A DNA stretch of 64,000 nt from an uncultured Thiomicrospira sp. (GCA_965195345.1 OZ239628.1:864001-928000), one strand, 5' to 3'; numbered from the stretch's first letter, positions 28,247-38,830 are shown. Made by a program: numbers and translations. Notes: generated by a model not told the origin, from the sequence alone.

Positions 28247-29244
28247 TTTCTGAACTGCCCGAAAAGTTTGAGGCGAGCGATGCCTCCATCGGGATAGATA
28301 TTGATGCGTATGTAATTAATAGTATCGTGTTTTGAGACGTATGTGTTATTGAAGACGTGTGTGCAATTCATATCCAAGGGCGTTTTTAGAACTAATTCAG
28401 GCCAATACATGCTTTGGGAAATAATGGCTTTTTCGGTAGTCGCTTGTACATTCGCTGCTTGAATGGAAAAAGCATGAGGGAAATTTCCTTTAAAAAAACG
28501 TGTGTCAACGCAAAGATGTTTGATGTGCGCTGGCTTAGCGAGGCGAATGATGCCCCAGTCGTTTCCAGGCTCGCGCCTACGTCTTGTTTCCCAGCCATCA
28601 GCCATGTTCAATGGTTCGTGCTCAAAAAGAATATTTTCAAGACAACCGAAGTGTTCGTCGTTGGCATAGAGCGCATGGGCACCGTTGTATATGGAAATTA
28701 CGTTGGAATCCTTTTCATTGAATAGCGTCTCATCAAAATGCACTTTGCCATAAGCTCGAAAGCGAGCGATGCCTCCGTCTGGGTACATTGTTATCTTAAG
28801 GTGCGTTATTTTTTCATTGCTTGAAGCGTCGAAAAAATTGTGTGTGTTTCCTTGTAAATCAGTGGGTGCTAGCAACGATAACGATTTAAATAAACAATCG
28901 TTCTCTACAAAAGCTTGTTCTTGTTCAACAGATAAATTAAAACCCTCAATTGAAATTGCAGGCGTGTAATTTCCAGTAAAGTGACGAGTATCAATGTCAA
29001 ATTCAGTTATGGAACCGCTTGCTCCCAATCGTAAGTAGCAAAAATCATTTTTACCATCACGTCTGCGTCGCGTTTCCCATCCGTCCATCCATTTGCCATT
29101 ATCATCGTATTTTCCTTCGATGAATAAAGGTTCAGAGGTTTGTAACATCCTATCAGCAGCTCCGAAGAATTCATCGCTGCAATGAATAACAGTTGTTCCA
29201 AGCGCGCCGCTTGCGAGATTGGTTAATGATGTTTTTTTTGACAT
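28243..29244 (-). CDS. alc: Allantoicase
   Basis: Duplicated DGWETRRRR and YPDGGIAR motifs. Confidence 0.95.
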   Translation of the reverse strand: MSKKTSLTNLASGALGTTVIHCSDEFFGAADRMLQTSEPLFIEGKYDDNGKWMDGWETRRRRDGKNDFCYLRLGASGSITEFDIDTRHFTGNYTPAISIEGFNLSVEQEQAFVENDCLFKSLSLLAPTDLQGNTHNFFDASSNEKITHLKITMYPDGGIARFRAYGKVHFDETLFNEKDSNVISIYNGAHALYANDEHFGCLENILFEHEPLNMADGWETRRRREPGNDWGIIRLAKPAHIKHLCVDTRFFKGNFPHAFSIQAANVQATTEKAIISQSMYWPELVLKTPLDMNCTHVFNNTYVSKHDTINYIRINIYPDGGIARLKLFGQFRK

Positions 29245-29250
29245 ATTTTT

Positions 29251-29778
29251 TTACTTTTTGGTCGTGTAAATTTGTTGTATTCGTATTCCTGCAATTTTAT
29301 TTATTTCTTCGAGAGCTTGAGAATACTCAATAAATGTTTCATTGTTAATCCGTTGTTTAAATACGTCAATGATTTCAATTTTACTACGCCCCATCACCGC
29401 TAATATGAAAGGAAAAGAGTGTTTCTTGACATAATCTTGATTTAGTGTATTGAATAAAGCAATTTCCTCATCATTGCAGGAATTCAGTCCCGCAGATTTT
29501 TGTTCAACTGTAGAATGTTCAGTTAAAACGTTTTGCTGCATTTTTTTTCCAGCCAATAGAGGATGAGCCAAAATAAGCCCTTCCAGTTTGTCACCATCTG
29601 CAGCCAACATGGTTTCGCTAAGTAACTGGTGGAAGGAATTTAGATCATTATATTTGCTGTTAGAACAAACTTTTGGGTAAGCGCTTTGTGCGACCCATGG
29701 GGCATGTTCGTATAGACTTGCAAAAGCCTCCATATAACTTTGTTCGCTGAATTTTCCAAGATCGTGGGGATAGAGCAT
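29251..29778 (-). CDS. uraD: OHCU decarboxylase
   Basis: LYEHAPWVA, AHPLLAG, STVEQKSAGL, FPFILAV and EINKIA. Confidence 0.92.
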   Translation of the reverse strand: MLYPHDLGKFSEQSYMEAFASLYEHAPWVAQSAYPKVCSNSKYNDLNSFHQLLSETMLAADGDKLEGLILAHPLLAGKKMQQNVLTEHSTVEQKSAGLNSCNDEEIALFNTLNQDYVKKHSFPFILAVMGRSKIEIIDVFKQRINNETFIEYSQALEEINKIAGIRIQQIYTTKK

Positions 29779-29820
29779 GCGTTATTGGTTCAGGATTAAA
29801 ATAGGAGTAAAGATAGCATT

Positions 29821-30735
29821 TTAGAAATGGTTGTGCCAATGTTTTGCTATATCTATGCGAGAGCAATACCAAATGCGATCAAAGTTTTTAGTGTACTCAA
29901 TAAACCGTCTTAAAGCCATTATACGACCGGGTCTGCCCAAAAGACGGCAATGCATGCCTACTGACATCATTTTTGGTGCCTGCTCTCCTTCAAGATACAA
30001 AGCATCGAAAGTATCCTTTAAATATTGATAAAACTGTTCGCCACTATTGAATCCTTGAGGGGTGGCAAAGCGCATATCATTAACATCCAAAGTATAGGGG
30101 ATAATTAGATGTTTATTGCTAACATCATCAGCCCAGTAGGGCAAATCATCATTGTATGCATCGCTGTCGTATAAAAATCCACCCGTTTCAACGATTAACC
30201 GACGAGTATTAGGGCTATTTCGCCCTGTGTACCAACCTTGTGGTGCGCGGCCAGTGAGGTTATGGATTATGTCGATGCTTTTTTTAATGTGCTCTTTTTC
30301 GGTTTTTTCATCTATAAACTGATAATCTATCCAACGATACCCATGCGAGCAAATGTCGTAGTCTCTATCTGCAAGGTAACGTGCTAATTGAGGGTTTCTC
30401 TGCAAGGCCATCGCAACAGCAAAGATAGTAATGGGAATGTCAAAGGATTCAAAAAGCTTTAGCAATCGCCAGATGCCAACACGTGAACCGTATTCGTAGA
30501 TAGACTCCATGCTAAGATGACGATCGTCTCGATAAGCTGTGGCAGAGATTATTTCTGATAGAAACGTTTCTGAATGACTGTCTCCATGGAGGATGCAACT
30601 TTCGCCGCCTTCCTCGTAATTCAGTACGAATTGCAGGGCGATTTTTGCTTGTCCTGGCCATTTAGGATCGGGTGGGTTATTAGCATAACCCACTAAATCT
30701 CTTGGGTATTTTTGATTGTATGTTTGCTTGATCAT
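29821..30735 (-). CDS. puuE: Allantoinase PuuE (polysaccharide deacetylase fold)
   Basis: YPRDLVGY, QFVLNYEEGGE, SMESIYEYGSRVG and GMHCRLLGRPGR. Confidence 0.95.
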   Translation of the reverse strand: MIKQTYNQKYPRDLVGYANNPPDPKWPGQAKIALQFVLNYEEGGESCILHGDSHSETFLSEIISATAYRDDRHLSMESIYEYGSRVGIWRLLKLFESFDIPITIFAVAMALQRNPQLARYLADRDYDICSHGYRWIDYQFIDEKTEKEHIKKSIDIIHNLTGRAPQGWYTGRNSPNTRRLIVETGGFLYDSDAYNDDLPYWADDVSNKHLIIPYTLDVNDMRFATPQGFNSGEQFYQYLKDTFDALYLEGEQAPKMMSVGMHCRLLGRPGRIMALRRFIEYTKNFDRIWYCSRIDIAKHWHNHF

Positions 30736-31419
30736 CTATAGGTCTCTATCAAAAGAGGCGCGATCTGGATTAATCAGCCATTGATGTAAAGAATAAGCAC
30801 TATCCATTAAAGCAATAGGGGAGAATTGCTTCAGTTGTGCCACCGAGTGTGCTCCATATGTCATACCTATTGAGTCCATGCCTAATGTTGCTGCCATTTC
30901 TAGATCGAAAGTAGTATCTCCTATCATCAAAGCTCGTTCTACAGGGGTGTCCATCGTTAATAAAATTTCTTCAAGCATTAACGGATCGGGTTTGCTGCGT
31001 GTTTCATCGCAAGTGCGTGAAGTGTGAAAATAATGAGAAAACCCAGTTACTTCAGCGCTTAAGTCTTTGTCCAACCCTCGGCGACTCTTCCCAGTAGCGA
31101 CAGCAAGTTCAAAGCCTCGACTTTTCAAGTCAATAAGCATTGTTTCAATGTCAGGGTAAGGAGCGCTTGTTGAAGAATTAAGGTGTATGAACTGTTCTAT
31201 ATAAGCTTTATTAATTTGATTGCGAACGTCATCGTTTTGATCTGGGTGTAGTTGAGCGATGGCTTGGTGTAAGCCGAGCCCGATAATTTGACGAATTTGA
31301 TTGTATGTTTGTGGAGAGACACCTGCTTGTTTTTGAGCAGCTTGCATGCAATTAACAATGCGTGAACTGGAATCCATAATCGTTCCATCCCAATCAAAAA
31401 TAAGAAGAGAGTATTGCAT
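30736..31419 (-). CDS. HAD-IA phosphatase (phosphoglycolate phosphatase-like)
   Basis: FDWDGT, VATGKSRRGL, SKPDPLML and IGDTTFDL. Confidence 0.88.
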   Translation of the reverse strand: MQYSLLIFDWDGTIMDSSSRIVNCMQAAQKQAGVSPQTYNQIRQIIGLGLHQAIAQLHPDQNDDVRNQINKAYIEQFIHLNSSTSAPYPDIETMLIDLKSRGFELAVATGKSRRGLDKDLSAEVTGFSHYFHTSRTCDETRSKPDPLMLEEILLTMDTPVERALMIGDTTFDLEMAATLGMDSIGMTYGAHSVAQLKQFSPIALMDSAYSLHQWLINPDRASFDRDL

Positions 31420-31769
31420 AATTGTTTATAGTGAATTATAGTAATTAATGAACATATTCATAGTGTCCTCATATTCAACCGATAACTAAAGTAGCGATGT
31501 TAATGTCCCAGCTGTGAAGTAAACATTTTTGGAAGCTTCTTTTTTTAACATTTACAGTCTAAAACAGCGTTGATCACCTAACATTATATAGCCATAAATA
31601 CGGGTGAGGCGTAGTCTTGTGTCTGCTAATTGATTAGATTTTGTGATGTTTTTTTTAAAAGTTGAAAGCGCGGTGATCAAATGAAGAAATGTGATTTTAA
31701 GGGAAATCATTTTTTTTGAAGTTTTTGTGACATCTTATCTCATTTTCATTAGAGATTTTATAAAGTAAT

Positions 31770-31778
31770 TGGTATAAT
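31770..31778 (+). promoter_or_regulatory. Extended -10 promoter element upstream of the cox operon
   Basis: TGGTATAAT (TGn plus TATAAT) about 100 bp upstream of the likely coxB ATG at 31875. Confidence 0.5.
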
Positions 31779-31874
31779 TGCGCCCACTCAAAGGTAAGGG
31801 TGTGTTTTTAAACACCTTTGCTGAGTAATAAAAACTTTAGCCTACCTAATTCTTATCATTCTGGAGAAACCTCA

Positions 31875-33029
31875 ATGCGTGAATGGTTCATTCGTTTTAC
31901 GTCGTCATTTTGCTTGATGACTCTCGCAACATCTGCGTCAGCCAATATAAACTCGTCCAATGGGTACAATTTACCTATAGGAGTCACCTCTTTGAGTCGA
32001 GATATTTACGATCTGCATATGATAATTTTCTGGATTTGTATTGCTATTGCATTACTTGTTTTCGGAATAATGGCGTATTCAATAGTTAATCATCGTAAGT
32101 CCAAAGGGGTAAAAGCTTCACAATTCCACGAAAGTACAACTGTTGAATTGATTTGGACGATTGTCCCTCTTCTTATTTTGACAGCAATGGCAGTTCCAGC
32201 AACTAAAGTGTTGCTTGACTTAGAAGATAGTTCAAAATCAGATATTTCTATTAAAGTGACTGGTTTTCAATGGAAATGGAAGTACGATTATGTTGATGGG
32301 GAAGCAGAAGGAATTAGTTTCTTTTCAAATCTTGATGACCGATCACGTCAAGAACTAAAGGATTCTATTGATAAAGGAGTAACACCAACCTATGAGAAGT
32401 ATTTGGTTGATGTGGACAATGAACTGGTTTTACCAATTAATAAAAAAGTTCGATTCCTCGTTACATCAAATGATGTGATTCATGCTTGGTGGGTTCCAGA
32501 TTTAGGAGTGAAGCAAGATGCTATTCCTGGTTTTATCAATGATACGTGGGCGAAAATTGACGTACCTGGAGTGTACAGAGGAAATTGTGCAGAATTGTGT
32601 GGCAAGGATCATGCCTATATGCCAATAGTTGTGCGTGCTTTACCTGAAGCAGAATATACACAGTGGGTTGCTTCAAAGAAAAATGCTGAACAAGCTGCCT
32701 CGGCAAATGCAGATAAAGTATTTACCAAAGAAGAATTGATTACGAAAGGAAAAGCTATTTATGCCCGTAATTGTGCCGCATGCCATGGTGCAACTGGAGC
32801 AGGCATTCCAGGTGTGTTTCCAGCAATTACAGGAGGTGCTATAGCTACTGGACCAATCGATGCGCATTTGGACATAGTTTTAAATGGTGTGGCTGGAACT
32901 GCTATGCAAGCCTTTAAAGAACAATTGTCTGATGTTGATATAGCGGCAGTTATTGCTTTTCAGCGTAATGCATTGGGTAATAGTGTAGGGGATTTTTTAC
33001 AACCTTCTGAAGTGAAAGCTAAACGTTAA
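31875..33029 (+). CDS. coxB: Cytochrome c oxidase subunit II with C-terminal cytochrome c
   Basis: DVIHAWWVP, CuA motif CAELCGKDHAYM and CAACH. RBS ggaga precedes ATG 31875. Confidence 0.95.
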   Translation: MREWFIRFTSSFCLMTLATSASANINSSNGYNLPIGVTSLSRDIYDLHMIIFWICIAIALLVFGIMAYSIVNHRKSKGVKASQFHESTTVELIWTIVPLLILTAMAVPATKVLLDLEDSSKSDISIKVTGFQWKWKYDYVDGEAEGISFFSNLDDRSRQELKDSIDKGVTPTYEKYLVDVDNELVLPINKKVRFLVTSNDVIHAWWVPDLGVKQDAIPGFINDTWAKIDVPGVYRGNCAELCGKDHAYMPIVVRALPEAEYTQWVASKKNAEQAASANADKVFTKEELITKGKAIYARNCAACHGATGAGIPGVFPAITGGAIATGPIDAHLDIVLNGVAGTAMQAFKEQLSDVDIAAVIAFQRNALGNSVGDFLQPSEVKAKR

Positions 33030-33068
33030 TAGAAACGTTAAAGAACCTTTAAATCTAAGGAGAAAACA

Positions 33069-34685
33069 ATGGCAACAATATCATCACCTAGTAAACATCA
33101 TGTACATCACGGACCAGACAAAGGACTGATGCGCTGGGTCAGGACAACGAACCACAAAGACATTGGGACTTTGTACATGTGGTTTTCTTTTCTTATGCTG
33201 CTAACTGGTGGATTTCTTGCCATGATTATTCGTGCTGAGTTATGGGCTCCTGGTCTGCAAGTAGTTGATCCACAATTTTTCAATTCACTAACTACTATGC
33301 ATGGTTTGATCATGGTTTTTGGTGCGATTATGCCTGCTTTTGTAGGTTTGGCTAATTGGCAAATACCCTTAATGGTTGGTGCGCCAGACATGGCTTTGCC
33401 TCGGTTGAATAACTGGAGCTTTTGGATTTTACCGTTTGCCGCAATGATGTTGATTAGCACTTTCTTTATGGACGGTGGTGCACCAGCTTCAGGCTGGACA
33501 ATGTACGCCCCTCTTTCAACGACTTATGGTACTCCAAGCGTTGACTATATGATATTCGCCATTCATTTATTAGGTTTTTCTTCTATCATGGGTTCCATCA
33601 ATATCATTGCTACCATTCTTAATATGCGTGCTCCTACTATGCGTTTAATGGATATGCCTTTGTTTGTGTGGACGTGGTTGATTACTGCATTTTTGCTCAT
33701 CGCAGTTATGCCTGTTCTTGCGGGTACTGTAACGATGATGCTAACCGATCGTAATTTTGGAACCAGTTTTTTTGATGCGGCTGGTGGTGGTGATCCAGTA
33801 ATGTTTCAACATATATTTTGGTTTTTTGGACACCCTGAAGTATATATTATGATATTACCTGCTTTTGGCGTTGTTTCTCAAATCATCCCAACATTTGCAC
33901 GTAAACCTCTGTTTGGATATAGCTCTATGGTGTATGCGACAGCATCGATTGCTATATTATCTTTTCTTGTTTGGGCTCATCATATGTTCTTAGTGGGAAT
34001 GCCTGTTGCAGGACAGCTTTATTTTATGTATGCTACTATTTTGATTTCAGTACCAACAGGCGTTAAGGTATTCAATTGGATTGCCACAATGTGGAAGGGA
34101 GCGATGACTTTTGAAGTGCCGATGTTGTGGGCAATATCTTTCGTTGTACTCTTTACAATTGGTGGACTTTCTGGACTGATGCTAGGAGTAGTACCTGCCG
34201 ATATTCAATATCATGACACCTACTTTGTAGTAGCGCATTTTCATTACGTATTGGTTACGGGTGCATTATGGTCAATTATTGCTGGAGTCTTTTACTGGTT
34301 TCCAAAATGGACAGGGCGTATGTACAATGAGACCTTAGCCAAAATTCATTTTTGGTGGGCATTGGTTTCAGTTAATGTGTTATTTTTCCCTCAACATTTT
34401 CTTGGATTAGCTGGGATGCCACGTCGTTATGCAGACTACTCTATTCAATTTACGGATATGAACGCACTCTCTTCTTTCGGGGCGTTCGCATTTGGTGCTT
34501 CATTCATTTTGCTGACGTACATTATTATAGACGGTATTGTGCGTGGAAAAAAAGTCAACGACCCTCAAGTTTGGGGCGATCATGCGAAGACATTAGAGTG
34601 GCAAGTTGCTACTCCTGCTCCTTATCATACCTACGAAACACCACCAAGTGCTGAGTTGGTAAAAGTCTCTTCACAAAATGGCTAA
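33069..34685 (+). CDS. coxA: Cytochrome c oxidase subunit I (A1 type)
   Basis: NHKDIGTLY, FWFFGHPEVY, VWAHHM, VVAHFHY and GMPRRY. Confidence 0.98.
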   Translation: MATISSPSKHHVHHGPDKGLMRWVRTTNHKDIGTLYMWFSFLMLLTGGFLAMIIRAELWAPGLQVVDPQFFNSLTTMHGLIMVFGAIMPAFVGLANWQIPLMVGAPDMALPRLNNWSFWILPFAAMMLISTFFMDGGAPASGWTMYAPLSTTYGTPSVDYMIFAIHLLGFSSIMGSINIIATILNMRAPTMRLMDMPLFVWTWLITAFLLIAVMPVLAGTVTMMLTDRNFGTSFFDAAGGGDPVMFQHIFWFFGHPEVYIMILPAFGVVSQIIPTFARKPLFGYSSMVYATASIAILSFLVWAHHMFLVGMPVAGQLYFMYATILISVPTGVKVFNWIATMWKGAMTFEVPMLWAISFVVLFTIGGLSGLMLGVVPADIQYHDTYFVVAHFHYVLVTGALWSIIAGVFYWFPKWTGRMYNETLAKIHFWWALVSVNVLFFPQHFLGLAGMPRRYADYSIQFTDMNALSSFGAFAFGASFILLTYIIIDGIVRGKKVNDPQVWGDHAKTLEWQVATPAPYHTYETPPSAELVKVSSQNG

Positions 34686-34782
34686 GAGGAACAACCGTGG
34701 AGTGTGGATAACTTTCTTTGTATTGTTGGCGATATCAGTTGGCATATTTGCATATACTATAATGCACGGAGTTACTGTATAA
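34678..34782 (+). CDS. Small single-TM protein (34 aa), probable cytochrome oxidase small assembly protein/subunit
   Basis: Below the ORF-track cutoff. MAKRNNRGVWITFFVLLAISVGIFAYTIMHGVTV*. Its start overlaps the coxA end and its stop directly abuts the ctaG ATG. Confidence 0.75.
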   Translation: MAKRNNRGVWITFFVLLAISVGIFAYTIMHGVTV

Positions 34783-35382
34783 ATGGACGGTCAAAAAAAT
34801 AAACTGGCATTAAAACTATTGGTTATTCCAATATTGATGTTTGGTTTTGCTTTCTTATTAGTTCCTTTGTATGACGTGTTATGTGAGGTGACAGGATTGA
34901 ATGGACGTTCCTCCAGTTTGACCGAAGCGAGTGATGAGCAGTTTAAGGTTGCTACAGAACGAAGCATAAAAGTAAAATTTCTGTCAAGTGTAGCAACGGG
35001 TTTCCCAGTCAATTTCTATCCAAAGCAATCGACGATCGAAATGCACCCTGGTCAAGTTGTAACGGTTTACTATATTGCTGAAAATCGATCGGATGAAGTT
35101 CAATATGGCCAAGCAATTCCTAGTGTTGCTCCTGAGTCTGGGGCCTCTTGGTTGAAAAAAGTAGAATGTTTTTGTTTTAACGAACAGCAGTTTGCAGCTA
35201 GAGATAGGGTTGAAATGCCCGTTCAACTGGTAATTGATCCAGAAATTGATGCAGATATAGAGGAATTGACTTTATCTTATACATTTTTCCCGAAAAAAAA
35301 CGTTGATAAAAAGACCCCCGAAAATGAAAGTGTTATCAGAACGCATTCAGACAAGGGTATAAAAGAATATAAAAGAGAATAA
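34783..35382 (+). CDS. ctaG: Cytochrome c oxidase Cu chaperone CtaG/Cox11
   Basis: MFGFAFLLVPLYDVLCEVTGLNG, KVECFCF and TLSYTFF. Confidence 0.95.
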   Translation: MDGQKNKLALKLLVIPILMFGFAFLLVPLYDVLCEVTGLNGRSSSLTEASDEQFKVATERSIKVKFLSSVATGFPVNFYPKQSTIEMHPGQVVTVYYIAENRSDEVQYGQAIPSVAPESGASWLKKVECFCFNEQQFAARDRVEMPVQLVIDPEIDADIEELTLSYTFFPKKNVDKKTPENESVIRTHSDKGIKEYKRE

Positions 35383-35414
35383 AATATAACCACCTGAGAT
35401 TGAAAGGAGAAAAA

Positions 35415-36290
35415 ATGGCTAATAATCCAAATGCTTATTACGTACCACATGGCACCAATTGGCCGATCATAGGTTCTATTGGACTTGCTGTGATGCTGGG
35501 CGGTTTTGCTAGTTTTTTGCATGGCTCTTCATTCGGATCTCCTATGATGATCATTGGATTAGCAACCGTATTAGTCATGATGTTCGGTTGGTTTTCTCAA
35601 GTTATCTCTGAGTCACAAAAAGGCAAATACAATGCACAAGTAGATATGTCCTTTAGGTGGGCGATGGGCTGGTTTATTTTTTCTGAAGTTATGTTTTTTG
35701 CAGCCTTCTTTGGTGCATTATTCTATGCGCGAGTCTTATCAGTACCATGGCTTGGAGGAGAAGACACTGGCGCACTAACAGCACAATTTCTTTGGCCAGA
35801 ATTTAAAGCTACATGGCCATTGCTGGAAATGCCAGATACTACAAAGTATGTGGTGCCTAATGGAGTCATTCCAGCCTTTCAAATTCCGCTTTTAAATACT
35901 CTTTTGTTATTATCATCAGGTGTAACTATTACTTGGGCACATCATGCGCTCAAAGCTGGTAATAGAAAACATTTGATTATGGGTATGTGGGCAACGGTCG
36001 CTCTGGGTTTATTGTTTCTTGGTTTTCAAATCTATGAATATGGGCATGCGTATAGCTTTTACAATTTGAAACTCGATTCAGGCATTTACGGTTCAACATT
36101 TTTCATGTTAACAGGGTTTCACGGTTTCCATGTTACTCTGGGAACAATTATGTTAATTATTATTACTTTTAGATGCATGAGTGGACATTTCAGTAAAGAG
36201 GGGCATTTTGCTTTTGAAGCAGTCGCTTGGTATTGGCACTTTGTAGACGTTGTTTGGTTGGGATTGTTCATATTTGTCTATTGGTTATAA
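35415..36290 (+). CDS. coxC: Cytochrome c oxidase subunit III
   Basis: WFIFSEVMFF, TGFHGFHV and WYWHFVDVVW. RBS aggaga precedes ATG 35415. Confidence 0.96.
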   Translation: MANNPNAYYVPHGTNWPIIGSIGLAVMLGGFASFLHGSSFGSPMMIIGLATVLVMMFGWFSQVISESQKGKYNAQVDMSFRWAMGWFIFSEVMFFAAFFGALFYARVLSVPWLGGEDTGALTAQFLWPEFKATWPLLEMPDTTKYVVPNGVIPAFQIPLLNTLLLLSSGVTITWAHHALKAGNRKHLIMGMWATVALGLLFLGFQIYEYGHAYSFYNLKLDSGIYGSTFFMLTGFHGFHVTLGTIMLIIITFRCMSGHFSKEGHFAFEAVAWYWHFVDVVWLGLFIFVYWL

Positions 36291-36307
36291 TATTCTTCCG
36301 ATTTTTT

Positions 36308-36343
36308 AAATAAAAAAGCCCGAAGCTACGGGCTTTTTTATTT
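36308..36343 (+). terminator. Rho-independent terminator after the cox operon (bidirectional form)
   Basis: Perfect 15-bp inverted repeat aaataaaaaagcccg-aagcta-cgggcttttttattt. Confidence 0.88.
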
Positions 36344-36363
36344 CAGAGTAAAATGCAACGTCT

Positions 36364-38034
36364 ATGAACATTCATCTTAAACAAGAAGTAAAAACCAAAT
36401 ACGGCATTGTAGAGCTCACTATCTCTGTTGAAAGTGATCAGGCTATTGCTGATATTCGATTAGGCGATCGCTTTGTTTCAGAATTGAGGCAAGCATACGA
36501 TGCAACATTGCCGAATAAACCACAAATTCAAGGACTCAAGAAAAAAGCGTTAGAAGCGATTGAGCGTGAAGAAAATATACGTCGTCGTTTGAAACTATGT
36601 GCTTTACGAACAACTGGTATTGCGTATCCTAATACATTCAAACCTCAAAATAATTGCGCTGAAATTTATTCCAATTGGTCAGAACTGGATGGGGAAGAAT
36701 TAGAGAAGAAAAATATTACTGTTTCGATTGCTGGCCGTTTATTTGGTCAACGTGTAATGGGCAAGGCGGCGTTTGCAGAGTTGAGAGATTACCATAAGAA
36801 TATTCAATTATATTTAAATCGAGATAATTTGCCCCAAGAACAATACAGTACTTTCAAGCAAATGGACATCGGTGATATCATTGGTGTGGAGGGGACGCTT
36901 TTTCGAACTGAAACAGGTATGCTAAGTATTTCAATTACGCATATTGAATTATTGGCGAAAGCATTAAACCCATTACCAGATAAATATCATGGATTGCAAG
37001 ATATAGAACAACGCTATCGTCAACGCTACGTTGACCTTATTGTTAATGACAAAGCAGCAATGGTGTTCAAAAAACGCAGCGAAATAATCATGTTTATACG
37101 TAATTATTTCATAGGGAGAGATTATTTGGAAGTAGAGACACCGATGATGCACTCCATTCTAGGGGGCGCAGCTGCGAAACCATTTACTACACACCATAAT
37201 GCGTTGGATATGGATTTATACTTGCGTATTGCCCCAGAACTTTATCTTAAACGATTGATAGTGGGGGGATTTAATCGAGTTTTTGAAATAAATCGTAATT
37301 TTAGGAACGAAGGATTATCCACTAAACACAATCCTGAATTCACGATGCTCGAGTTTTACCAAGCTTATGCAACCTATGAGGATTTCATGGAGTTGACTGA
37401 AAATCTCTTTAGGGCGTTAGCTAACAATATTTTTAATTGCCAACAGATAGTATGGCAAGAACACGTCCTTGATTTTTCTAAGCCATTCAAGAAAATATCT
37501 ATGCGTGATGCAATCATTGAAAATTACACTGAATTGAATAAAGACAATGTTGATGATAGATCTGAGCTGATTCAAGTGATGAATTCTTATAAATTGGCAA
37601 CGAAAGAAGAATGGGGTGTTGGTAAGCTGCAAACCGAATTGTTCGAAGCGCGTGTTGAAGAGCAATTATTACAGCCTACTTTCATTACGCAGTACCCTAT
37701 TGAAATATCACCACTTTCACGCAGGAATGACAAAGAATCAAACATAACCGATCGTTTTGAATTGTTTATAGGTGGTCGTGAAATTGCCAATGGTTTTTCT
37801 GAGCTTAATGATCCTGAAGATCAGTCTCAGCGGTTTAAGGAGCAAGTGGAATCAAAGAAAAGTGGGGATGACGAAGCGATGGAATACGACTCGGACTATA
37901 TTAATGCATTGGAATACGGTATGCCACCAACAGCGGGTGAAGGGATAGGAATTGATCGCTTGGTTATGCTATTTACTGATACAGCTTCCATTAGAGATGT
38001 ATTATTGTTTCCTCTCATGCGTCCAAGCGGATAA
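36364..38034 (+). CDS. lysS: Lysine--tRNA ligase (class II) with N-terminal extension
   Basis: [27 protein letters not shown] and [16 protein letters not shown]. Confidence 0.97.
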   Translation: MNIHLKQEVKTKYGIVELTISVESDQAIADIRLGDRFVSELRQAYDATLPNKPQIQGLKKKALEAIEREENIRRRLKLCALRTTGIAYPNTFKPQNNCAEIYSNWSELDGEELEKKNITVSIAGRLFGQRVMGKAAFAELRDYHKNIQLYLNRDNLPQEQYSTFKQMDIGDIIGVEGTLFRTETGMLSISITHIELLAKALNPLPDKYHGLQDIEQRYRQRYVDLIVNDKAAMVFKKRSEIIMFIRNYFIGRDYLEVETPMMHSILGGAAAKPFTTHHNALDMDLYLRIAPELYLKRLIVGGFNRVFEINRNFRNEGLSTKHNPEFTMLEFYQAYATYEDFMELTENLFRALANNIFNCQQIVWQEHVLDFSKPFKKISMRDAIIENYTELNKDNVDDRSELIQVMNSYKLATKEEWGVGKLQTELFEARVEEQLLQPTFITQYPIEISPLSRRNDKESNITDRFELFIGGREIANGFSELNDPEDQSQRFKEQVESKKSGDDEAMEYDSDYINALEYGMPPTAGEGIGIDRLVMLFTDTASIRDVLLFPLMRPSG

Positions 38035-38056
38035 ATTTAGAAAATCAAGGAGAAAT

Positions 38057-38830
38057 ATGGGATTCTTAAAAAATAAAAAAGCATTAGTCATCGGAGTAGC
38101 AAATGATAAGTCAATTGCTACAGGGATTGCCAAAGCGCTGCATCGTGAAGGTGCAGAACTCTGTTTGACATACCAAACTGAAAAATTACAATCGCGCGTT
38201 GAAAAGTTGGCAAATCAGCTTGACACGACATTTGTACTACCATTGGATGTGACAAAAGAGGATGAGATGCAAGGCGTTCATGATGCCATTGCCAAACGTT
38301 GGGGACAGGTTGACATTGTCGTTCATGCGGTTGCATTTGCTCCTAGAGAAGAATTAGAAGGAAATTATCTTGAAGTAGGTACTCGTGAAGGCTTTCAAAT
38401 GGCACATGATATAAGTGCTTGGAGTTTTGTCAGTCTTGGGAAAAGCCTTAAACCACTTATGAAAGAAAATTCAGCGATGTTGACTTTGACATACCTTGGG
38501 GCAGTACGTGCTATCCCTAATTATAATGTCATGGGAATCGCTAAAGCAAGCCTTGAAGCAGCAACACGATATATGGCGAGCGCTGCTGGAGAAGATGGAA
38601 TACGTGTCAATGCTATTTCAGCAGGACCTATACGTACGCTTGCAGCCAGTGGCATAAAAAACTTTCGTGAATTACAAAGTAAATCTGCTTCAGTTACTCC
38701 TCTAAGACGTTGTGTAACTATTGATGAAGTGGGCAATGCTGCGGCATTTTTATGCTCTGACTTGGCTTCGGGCATTACGGGAGAGATACTTTATGTTGAC
38801 GGAGGATACAATATTGTTAGTAGTGCATGA
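38057..38830 (+). CDS. fabI: Enoyl-ACP reductase FabI
   Basis: GVANDKSIA, YNVMGIAKASLEA and AGPIRTLAASGI. RBS aaggag precedes ATG 38057. Confidence 0.96.
   Translation: MGFLKNKKALVIGVANDKSIATGIAKALHREGAELCLTYQTEKLQSRVEKLANQLDTTFVLPLDVTKEDEMQGVHDAIAKRWGQVDIVVHAVAFAPREELEGNYLEVGTREGFQMAHDISAWSFVSLGKSLKPLMKENSAMLTLTYLGAVRAIPNYNVMGIAKASLEAATRYMASAAGEDGIRVNAISAGPIRTLAASGIKNFRELQSKSASVTPLRRCVTIDEVGNAAAFLCSDLASGITGEILYVDGGYNIVSSA

Noticed and set aside
31420-31817. FNR/CRP sites or an ncRNA in the HAD/coxB divergent region
   Set aside because: Only half-sites (ttgat, tgtga) with wrong spacing. The weak hairpin at about 31789-31820 matches no RNA family I recognise.
37952-38056. N-terminal extensions on FabI, and similarly GuaD, CoxB, AmiB and AroE, as given in the ORF track
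   Set aside because: These are longest-ORF artefacts. Internal ATGs with an RBS or translational coupling match the normal protein starts.
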